32,000 bases of DNA, from positions 2,010,001-2,042,000 of the forward strand of contig NZ_CP027570.1 in assembly GCF_003010495.1 (NCBI RefSeq). The letters run 5' to 3'. Positions 1 through 6,444 of the stretch are shown piece by piece. The position numbers were made by a program, and so were the translations under genes. The notes under the pieces are model-generated. The model was given only the letters and a program-made list of their open reading frames with translations, made no database searches and was not told where the DNA came from. The first letter of the stretch is position 1. Each line of letters begins with the position of its first letter. Origin of the DNA: Megasphaera elsdenii DSM 20460 (GTDB taxonomy: Bacteria; Bacillota; Negativicutes; Veillonellales; Megasphaeraceae).

Positions 1-23
1 TATCTTATAAGTACGAAGACGGA

Positions 24-3000
24 ATGATAACTTCTTCTACCTCCGATATGGACGTTAAAATCCCTAACGGTGAAATTGAAGCATTCGGTGGAGATAAAGT
101 GAAGTTAAAAGATGCCGATAAGCAGGATATTGCAGATTATCTCTCAGACTATTATAATATAGATACAGAACCGGATAACATCAAGGTTACGAAGGAAAAT
201 GAAGTCCATGTCACAGATGCTTTCCGCTATTTCTTCCCGGACGATGTATCTAAAGATATTTTCAATCGCCTCGGCGAAGAAGACCAGAAGAAATTCCTTG
301 CAGACGGATACGAAGTGAAAGGAGAAGATAAAAATGTACAGACCGACGAAACTACCTCCGATGCCAGAGGGAGTAACGGACCCGAGCATTTGGAGGGGGA
401 TGTGGTGCAACGGAATTCTTACCCTCCCAGAAGGAATGACGCAGGAAGAAGTGGACAAGAAACTCTGGGAAGGAGACAAAGAGTTTCTGGACAAGTACAG
501 CAAGCCAGTAGGGGGCTTGGACCCGAATATCGATTAACCAAACTCGGTAACAAACTAAAGAAAGCCATCCATTTGGCAACTCCAGAAGGAGTAAGTATCG
601 ACGCACCCACTTTAAACAAATTAATAAATGACTCATTTGGAGATTTATCACCACGGTTGCAATCGAAAATTGCGGAAGCTCTTGACGATATGGCAACCGT
701 GTTTATTTATGATGGGGAAAAAGAAAAGACCGGAGCTCTCGGTAGAACCTATTCTGAATATAACGTAATCAGAATTTTCAAAGATGCATTATCCGGGGAT
801 AAAAGTACACCTACCGTACTCCATGAAACTATTCACTCTCTCCACGCCGCTATTGAACGTGGATTAGGGGATAAAGAATACGGGATTAATTACATCACGT
901 CTAATAATTTCGTTGATAAAGAAAAAGACCAGTTAGAGGATTATAGGATTGAATATACAAACAGATTGATTGAGCAACTCCGCGAAGGAGAAGGTTTTAC
1001 CAATAGCTGGAGAATCTTAGTATACGACCATACCATAAGGAACCCCAAAATAGTTGATTATGTATGCGATAAAATATCTAAGAGTAAAACTTTACAAGAA
1101 TCATTAAAAAAGAATAAGGAATTATACGACGAACTTTTTGTAGCTAAAACTTTATCTCAACTTCAATTAGCATCAAAATATCCTCAATACAAATCCCAGT
1201 TAAAAGGTGTGGAAGACAGAATCATTGATATGGCAAACAAAGCGGTCGACGGAGCTGGGACATTGAGCTCTGCTAGAGCCTCTATATTGGAAAAGGCGAA
1301 GGTTCTGAAACCATTCTCAAACGGTACTTTCACAGATAAGGCTGTTAAAGCTTTTCTGAACTTTGTAGAAAATAGAAATACCCCATCCGCTGATGCTATG
1401 TCTATTAAGGAGCGTATAGATAAACAACTACACAAGGTCGGTATTCCCACTCACGAAGAAACAGCTCAAAGAGCAGCCCTGTATGCCGCTGGTGTCCTTC
1501 CGGGTAAAGAACGTATGAGTATCCTTCAGCGCCAATTTGAAGACCCCCTTCATATCTTCAAAAAATACTTCCCTGATGGTATGCCTATCTACCGGTTAGC
1601 AGATGGAGCCCGCCGCAAGATGGAAAAGTTCGTTGGAGATTACTCCCAGAAATTCTTGGACGTATTCAAAGGCCTCGATAAAGATGAACGGAAGGTATTC
1701 GACTCCCTCGTTTTGAAAGCCAATGAAATGCACCGAGACCCTATGCAGGTCATTAACCTTGACGATGGGATTCACCTCGCAGTCCGTCATGACGCCTTTA
1801 TTGAACATTACGATAGCGCTCCTGAAGCTATTAAAAAGATTCAGGAAATCCGTAACTCTGGTAAATATCGTCTGTCCAAGATGATTCAGGAGTCGGAAGA
1901 AAACGAAAACGCTGGATTCGGCAAAGGCTTCACAGTATTTGCTCTCCCTAAAGGCAGTGCCGCTTTCAAGTCTGAAGATGCCGCCCAGAAGTACGCAAAA
2001 GCTCACGAAAAAGAAGCTTATATCTCAATGATTCGGTCTCTCTCGGACAAACCGATGAAGTCATCTCAGGTAGATAACGTCATGAGTTCCTTTATGAAAT
2101 ACCGAGACATGATGGATAAGGTCTACGAAACATCTGCGCAGGCCGCAAAAGAGTCCGGGGCTAACTATAAACTCCCAAAGAAACTCAACGGCTATTTCCC
2201 GCAAATCCACCTTCCCTACGTCGTTTGGGTAAAAGATAAGGACACCAAGACCTTTGTCCGCACCGCCAGCTTCTATAACGCCTCCGAAGCATCCAAGAGG
2301 GCAAAGGAACTGAACCAAGCCGGACAAGAAGCTTACTGGGCAGAAATTAATCCTATCAACGCCATGGCTCACGGAGATAGATTAGCTAAAGTTGATCGAA
2401 TGACAGAAGACCAGCTTAAACAACTGAATGACGAAGGGTTAATCTCCGTCAGCGAATCTAATAATGACACAGGCAATTATAATGAAGCTCTCAAACGGGT
2501 GTTTAATCCCTTGTTCAAGGAACATCATACGGTTGCCATTAAAGATGTTATGTCCCATATCGAAAAAGTGAACCGATACAGGAGCAATACAGGCAGTGCC
2601 GTTCATGACAACTACGTTAAGAAGCTCCAGTCCCAGATTCGGGTAACGGGATTGTATAAAAAGCTTCAAAAGATGAAGAAGGATGCTATCATTTCCCAAG
2701 ATGAACTGAATAATATCATTAATAGCGCCAACATGAAACAACAGTTCAATCCGTTCTTCCAGAAGCGTTCCGGAGCCAGCGGCTACAGCCAGAACGTAGC
2801 GGACTCTGTATATCGTTACCTTATCACGTCCGGGAACTTTATCAGTAAAGCAAAGTTCTACGCAGAAGCCACGGCCTATTACACGAGTAAATATCATAAA
2901 GACATTCGGGAAGAGGCTACAACGAACGAACAGAAATTCTTAAAGACGTATATCGAAGCTAACCACAGACCCACTTCCGTTACAGCCCTTGACCGGATGA

Positions 3001-4538
3001 TTAATGACTATATGAACCTGCTCGCAGAAAAAGACCCGACGGGTATTGGTTCCCTGCTCCGTAGACGGTACGGACATAACCTCTATACAGGGCTTGCTAA
3101 AGACACACTGTCCTTACAAAATCTTTTGAAACTCGGCTTGTTCCGCCCGGCTTCGTTGGCTGTTCAGGCTTTTCAGGTACTTAACGCCAATGCAAAACTT
3201 GGTGGTAACAAATATATCGGTATGTCTAAATACTTCCGGACGGGACTCAAGGAAGCAACCGGATCGAAAAACGATGCTAAATGGAAAGAGCTTTATGACT
3301 ATATCGGAATCAACGAAAGAAGCGTAGCTATCGATTCGGAAATCCTCGGTCGTCCTACCGGCGTCTTTGATAAGAAAATCCTGTTCGGCAAATCGGCAAA
3401 GGATTTGGCAGATAAGTCTATGTGGTTCTTTAATGTCGGCGATAAGTGGGCACGTAAAGCAACCGCAATCGGTGGTTATCTGAAAGCTATGGATGACTTT
3501 AAGGAACTCTCCCATGATGAAAAGAAAATGATGTTGGACGAAGCAATTACTTCATGGCAAACAAAGAAAGACCGAGCTAGACAGAACCACTATCCTTTTA
3601 AAGACCCTAAGCCCACGATGGCAAGTGTACGGAAAGAATACGTGTTCAATAAAACGAAAGACTTGGTCACAGAAACGAACTTCAACTATTCGGTAACAGA
3701 TTCTCCGTTAGCTATGACCGAAGCCGGGGTAACAGGCAAACTCCTCCTCCAATTCAAGAAATATCCACTGTTCACGTTGAACTTCATGCTCCACAATACA
3801 AAAGAAGAGAATATCCGGTTCCTCGTCCCCATGTTCATCATGGCTGGCGCCCTGGGTATGCCTTGTGCTAATCTAGTAGACGACATCTTCGATAAGACGA
3901 CGGGCCACAGCCCCGTCATGGCTTTGAAGAAAGGTATGATTAACTGGGCCGGTGGTTCCTCTGCGAAGAAAGCCTTGGTCAACGTAGCTCTGTATGGTGC
4001 TCCGTCATTGGCCGGCATCAACCTTTCCGGTAATATTGGCCTTGGCGACGCTATCCAGTTCGACCTCGGGCCTACTGTATCGACCGTATCCAATATCGCA
4101 CAGGGCAACGGAATCATTCGTTCTCTGGCCCCTAGATTGGGTGCTCTTGAAGAAGCTGTAACCGGCAAGAAAGAAAACAAATACGGACAAATCACAGCAA
4201 AATACACTCCCTACGACCAGCTCCTCAAGGTTTTCGGTTTCCGGACGATGGCAGAGACGAACTCTTCGGATGCTACTCGCGTCATGAAACTGGCTACTCA
4301 GAAATATAACGAATGTAAGTCCCAAGCTAAGAAGGAATATATCAAGAACCCGAACACAGATAATTACGAGGCATTAAAGATTTATGGTATGAGTGACGGT
4401 GATATTGCAAAGCTGCTGAAAACTAAAGATACAACAGCCATGGAAACTGCAATTAAGACGGTTCCAAAGAAGGCAAAGAGCCCGGAAGCGCAGGAAGTAC
4501 GTAACCTGTCCAAGGCGGCTCAGGAGTTCGTAAAGTAA
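24..4538 (+). CDS. Giant phage protein (at least 1504 aa) resembling polyvalent / ejected virion proteins: zincin-like HExxH motif, long helical middle, C-terminal hydrophobic segments. The 5' end may lie outside the window.
   Basis: Uninterrupted 4.5 kb ORF. There is no in-frame stop between nt 3 and the ATG at 24, so the frame is open to the window edge. HETIH (HExxH) at nt 822-836. GYFPQIHLPYVVWV (about nt 2187-2230) is reminiscent of the PLxRFG-type motif of large polyvalent proteins (unverified). Hydrophobic stretches FLVPMFIMAGALGMPCANLV and ALVNVALYGAPSLAGINLSGNIGLG lie near the C-terminus. Stop is TAA at 4536-4538. Confidence 0.7.
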   Translation: MITSSTSDMDVKIPNGEIEAFGGDKVKLKDADKQDIADYLSDYYNIDTEPDNIKVTKENEVHVTDAFRYFFPDDVSKDIFNRLGEEDQKKFLADGYEVKGEDKNVQTDETTSDARGSNGPEHLEGDVVQRNSYPPRRNDAGRSGQETLGRRQRVSGQVQQASRGLGPEYRLTKLGNKLKKAIHLATPEGVSIDAPTLNKLINDSFGDLSPRLQSKIAEALDDMATVFIYDGEKEKTGALGRTYSEYNVIRIFKDALSGDKSTPTVLHETIHSLHAAIERGLGDKEYGINYITSNNFVDKEKDQLEDYRIEYTNRLIEQLREGEGFTNSWRILVYDHTIRNPKIVDYVCDKISKSKTLQESLKKNKELYDELFVAKTLSQLQLASKYPQYKSQLKGVEDRIIDMANKAVDGAGTLSSARASILEKAKVLKPFSNGTFTDKAVKAFLNFVENRNTPSADAMSIKERIDKQLHKVGIPTHEETAQRAALYAAGVLPGKERMSILQRQFEDPLHIFKKYFPDGMPIYRLADGARRKMEKFVGDYSQKFLDVFKGLDKDERKVFDSLVLKANEMHRDPMQVINLDDGIHLAVRHDAFIEHYDSAPEAIKKIQEIRNSGKYRLSKMIQESEENENAGFGKGFTVFALPKGSAAFKSEDAAQKYAKAHEKEAYISMIRSLSDKPMKSSQVDNVMSSFMKYRDMMDKVYETSAQAAKESGANYKLPKKLNGYFPQIHLPYVVWVKDKDTKTFVRTASFYNASEASKRAKELNQAGQEAYWAEINPINAMAHGDRLAKVDRMTEDQLKQLNDEGLISVSESNNDTGNYNEALKRVFNPLFKEHHTVAIKDVMSHIEKVNRYRSNTGSAVHDNYVKKLQSQIRVTGLYKKLQKMKKDAIISQDELNNIINSANMKQQFNPFFQKRSGASGYSQNVADSVYRYLITSGNFISKAKFYAEATAYYTSKYHKDIREEATTNEQKFLKTYIEANHRPTSVTALDRMINDYMNLLAEKDPTGIGSLLRRRYGHNLYTGLAKDTLSLQNLLKLGLFRPASLAVQAFQVLNANAKLGGNKYIGMSKYFRTGLKEATGSKNDAKWKELYDYIGINERSVAIDSEILGRPTGVFDKKILFGKSAKDLADKSMWFFNVGDKWARKATAIGGYLKAMDDFKELSHDEKKMMLDEAITSWQTKKDRARQNHYPFKDPKPTMASVRKEYVFNKTKDLVTETNFNYSVTDSPLAMTEAGVTGKLLLQFKKYPLFTLNFMLHNTKEENIRFLVPMFIMAGALGMPCANLVDDIFDKTTGHSPVMALKKGMINWAGGSSAKKALVNVALYGAPSLAGINLSGNIGLGDAIQFDLGPTVSTVSNIAQGNGIIRSLAPRLGALEEAVTGKKENKYGQITAKYTPYDQLLKVFGFRTMAETNSSDATRVMKLATQKYNECKSQAKKEYIKNPNTDNYEALKIYGMSDGDIAKLLKTKDTTAMETAIKTVPKKAKSPEAQEVRNLSKAAQEFVK

Positions 4539-4547
4539 GGGGGATGA

Positions 4548-4919
4548 ATGGAGAATTTCACAACAGTTGTAGAGGCACTTATTTTAATTTGTACGGCATT
4601 GGGTGGCTTCCGAGAGGCCATCCTCAAGCCGTATTTTTCACACCGGGACAAGGAACGGGAATGGAAAGAAAAATATGACCAAGTTATTGAAGAAAGGGAG
4701 AATGAAAGGGAAGAACGTCAAAAAGAACGAGCTAAGATGCTGGGGGATAAGTACGACCAGCTCGTACAGAGCATCTCTAATCTAAGCAACTTAGTAAACC
4801 GTCTTGGTGCGGAACAGCAACAGATGGCCCTTGACGAGGCCCGGTTCCACGAACGTTTCGAGTCTGTAGAACGGAGGTTGGATGATATTCAAAAAAGGGT
4901 TGACTCGTATAGTCAGTAG
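4548..4919 (+). CDS. Membrane-anchored coiled-coil protein, first gene of the lysis cassette (i-spanin-like or holin-accessory architecture)
   Basis: SD-like AGGGGGA sits just upstream of the ATG at 4548, 10 nt after the giant ORF stop. N-terminal hydrophobic segment TTVVEALILICTALGGF is followed by a highly charged E/R/K-rich helical region. It lies directly upstream of the holin-like and muramidase genes. Confidence 0.6.
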   Translation: MENFTTVVEALILICTALGGFREAILKPYFSHRDKEREWKEKYDQVIEERENEREERQKERAKMLGDKYDQLVQSISNLSNLVNRLGAEQQQMALDEARFHERFESVERRLDDIQKRVDSYSQ

Positions 4920-5214
4920 TACTTTCGTAGCGATGAAGTCCAATATGTCGTACATCTGTATGGCATTTGGGCTTCTTGCCGCTTTTACAGTTCTTTTATC
5001 TTGGTTATATGGTTATTGGTCTAACGGCCTGTGGGGGACACATTTTGAGATTAACTCATGCTGGCAAGGAATTTCTGCTTGTGGCATGGGGCTGGTCGGT
5101 CTGTTTAAGTGGTTAGTAGATTCCACAAAGAATAGCCCGTCCGGTGAATATCCAATTCCTCCCCGGCCAGTAGATAATTCTAAGAATAGGAGTGATGTTG
5201 AATCAAAGGTGTAG
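4882..5214 (+). CDS. Two-TMD holin-like membrane protein (alternative starts at 4933 and 4945)
   Basis: Two hydrophobic helices (YICMAFGLLAAFTVLLSWLYGYW; GISACGMGLVGLFKWLV). GGAGG lies 4 nt upstream of the ATG at 4882. The internal MKSNM resembles a holin dual-start motif. The Pro-rich, charged C-terminal tail (PSGEYPIPPRPVDNSKNRSDVESKV) ends 10 nt past the first GH25-frame codon. Confidence 0.55.
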   Translation: MIFKKGLTRIVSSTFVAMKSNMSYICMAFGLLAAFTVLLSWLYGYWSNGLWGTHFEINSCWQGISACGMGLVGLFKWLVDSTKNSPSGEYPIPPRPVDNSKNRSDVESKV

Positions 5215-5768
5215 ATATTTCTGAAAATCAGAGTTTTATTGATTGGGACGCATTGCAAGAGGCTGGTGTTGAGTTTGTCATTGTTCGTGCTGGCTACGGT
5301 CAGGGACATGAAGATTCCAAGTTTAAGGAATATGCCACGGAAGCTCTTAACCGAGGCTTCAAAGTCGGAGCATATTGGTTCAGTTATGCACTGGACGTAG
5401 ACCAAGCTCGAAAGGAAGGGGAATACTGCCGTGACATTATCGGGAATTGGGGAGGCTTGCTTGAACTTCCTGTCTTCTTTGACCAAGAGTATAGTAGCTG
5501 GCGTGAAAATAATGGTTGGGATTCTGATTCTGCCACTGCTATGTGCGATGCTTTTGCTGATGCTCTCAATCTTAATACCGGTGTTTATGCTAACTATGAT
5601 TGGTTTACTAATGTCTTGGATTATGATTACTTGAAAGGGAAATATTCTATCTGGCTGGCTCAGTACGACAACTCCCCGTCCCTTGAATGTGATATCTGGC
5701 AGTACAGCGACTCGGAACAGTATGGGGCAAATCAGTTAGATTCCAATATTTCTTATATGGAGGCATGA
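5202..5768 (+). CDS. GH25-family muramidase (endolysin). Start codon unresolved: the homologous region begins at ATC 5202, and the first canonical start is TTG 5253.
   Basis: The frame translates as IKGVDISENQSFIDWDALQEAGVEFVIVRAGYG..., the classic GH25 N-terminus (GxDxS with the catalytic Asp, then FVIxRxGYG). This begins immediately after in-frame TGA 5199-5201. No ATG/GTG/TTG occurs before 5253. AGGAG at 5188-5192 lies 9 nt upstream of ATC 5202. Stop TGA 5766-5768 overlaps the next start (ATGA). Confidence 0.8.
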   Translation: MKGVDISENQSFIDWDALQEAGVEFVIVRAGYGQGHEDSKFKEYATEALNRGFKVGAYWFSYALDVDQARKEGEYCRDIIGNWGGLLELPVFFDQEYSSWRENNGWDSDSATAMCDAFADALNLNTGVYANYDWFTNVLDYDYLKGKYSIWLAQYDNSPSLECDIWQYSDSEQYGANQLDSNISYMEA

Positions 5769-6211
5769 TGTGGAATCCAATAAAAACCTTTTCCGTTGGG
5801 TTTTGCTTAGTATTGTTGCCGTTCTTTGTGTCATTCTCTTTTGCGTCTTCCACGACAGCCGAAGTGCCGCAGACTCAGACGGTGCAGATGTCACTCGAAC
5901 AATACAACAGGTTAAAGACGAAAGTAGCACAGCTCGAACTGAACTTGACAACACTCGAACAGAACTCCGAAACGGACAAGCAAGAGCTGACGACGCTAAA
6001 AAAACAACTGGAAGACTGCAAGACAGCAATGAGCAAAGCCGAGCAGTCATCGAAGACAGCCAGCGACTCCTTGGAGAAATTAGAGACGAATTTGCAGATA
6101 TTGACAGAACAAACGGAATCACTGAAACACAAACTGGAAATCAAGAACCGGCAGAATAAGATAGCTTGGATTGTAGCGGGAACAGCTATCCTGTGCGCTG
6201 CTTCAAAATAG
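5765..6211 (+). CDS. Signal/TM - leucine-heptad coiled coil - C-terminal TMD protein; spanin-equivalent candidate at the end of the lysis cassette
   Basis: Its ATG overlaps the endolysin stop (gcATGAtg), suggesting translational coupling. It has an N-terminal hydrophobic segment FSVGFCLVLLPFFVSFSFA, heptad-like leucines (LEQYNRLKTKVAQLELNLTTLEQ...LEKLETNLQILTEQTESLKHKLEI), and a C-terminal TMD IAWIVAGTAILCAA. The overlapping frame 5770-6159 is also open but is rich in CGA codons. Confidence 0.55.
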   Translation: MMWNPIKTFSVGFCLVLLPFFVSFSFASSTTAEVPQTQTVQMSLEQYNRLKTKVAQLELNLTTLEQNSETDKQELTTLKKQLEDCKTAMSKAEQSSKTASDSLEKLETNLQILTEQTESLKHKLEIKNRQNKIAWIVAGTAILCAASK

Positions 6212-6216
6212 CCCTG

Positions 6217-6238
6217 AGTGGCCCAAAATTGGGCCACT
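6217..6238. repeat. Perfect hairpin/palindrome AGTGGCCCAAAATTGGGCCACT directly after the lysis cassette stop (no U-tract)
   Basis: 9-bp arms with a 4-nt centre, 6 nt after TAG 6209-6211. It shares a CAAAATTG core with the palindrome at 10074-10097. Confidence 0.6.
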
Positions 6239-6282
6239 AAATTCTCCATGACAAATCATACCTAGACTTCCTATTATATGTT

Positions 6283-6304
6283 AAAAAGGCCCTTGAGAGG
6301 GCCT
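6283..6304 (-). terminator. GC hairpin (AGGCCCT-tgag-AGGGCCT) preceded by an A-run, so it reads as a terminator on the minus strand
   Basis: 7-bp GC-rich stem at 6287-6293 / 6298-6304. AAAAA at 6283-6287 becomes a U-tract only on the minus strand. No obvious minus-strand gene feeds into it. Confidence 0.35.
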
Positions 6305-6335
6305 CAAATGACAAAAAACAGCATTTTATGCTTAT

Positions 6336-6366
6336 GGCCACCCTCGTTTGGGTGGCCTTATTTTTG
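6336..6366 (+). terminator. Rho-independent terminator closing the late/lysis transcription unit
   Basis: GGCCACCC-tcgttt-GGGTGGCC (6336-6343 / 6350-6357) followed by TTATTTTT. Confidence 0.7.
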
Positions 6367-6372
6367 TCTCAG

Positions 6373-6401
6373 TTGAAAATACTCACTTTATGTGTTAAAA
6401 T
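6373..6401 (+). promoter_or_regulatory. Sigma-70-type promoter for the phage dnaE gene
   Basis: TTGAAA (6373-6378), 17-nt spacer, TAAAAT (6396-6401), with TG at 6393-6394 (extended -10, TGnTAAAAT). Confidence 0.6.
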
Positions 6402-6444
6402 ACTCATATATAGTAATTTTGACATAGGGAAAGGAGTCGTATAT

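Noticed and set aside
144-4325. Minus-strand ORFs inside the giant gene (for example 144-503, 352-696, 1596-2006, 2439-2897, 3686-4207)
   Set aside because: They are antisense to a continuous 4.5-kb ORF, have odd compositions and show no start context. Those at 144-696 simply reflect the stop-poor GC-rich island discussed in the findings.
5770-6159. 129-aa alternate-frame ORF (TMD plus charged helix) fully overlapping 5765-6211, considered as an embedded Rz1-like gene
   Set aside because: Not accepted as a feature. The region is T-poor, so stops are rare in all frames (two antisense ORFs are open as well). The frame uses many CGA codons that are unusual for this phage, starts at GTG without an SD, and has no lipobox. 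It is kept only as a caveat within the spanin finding.
6328-6444. ORF-track N-terminal extension of dnaE (similar extensions at 10251 for lepA, 17475 for pgm, 30877 for glyQ, 19428 for the ACT protein)
   Set aside because: The extensions run through terminators, promoters or the T-box leader and lack an SD. Internal starts with good SDs coincide with the conserved family N-termini.
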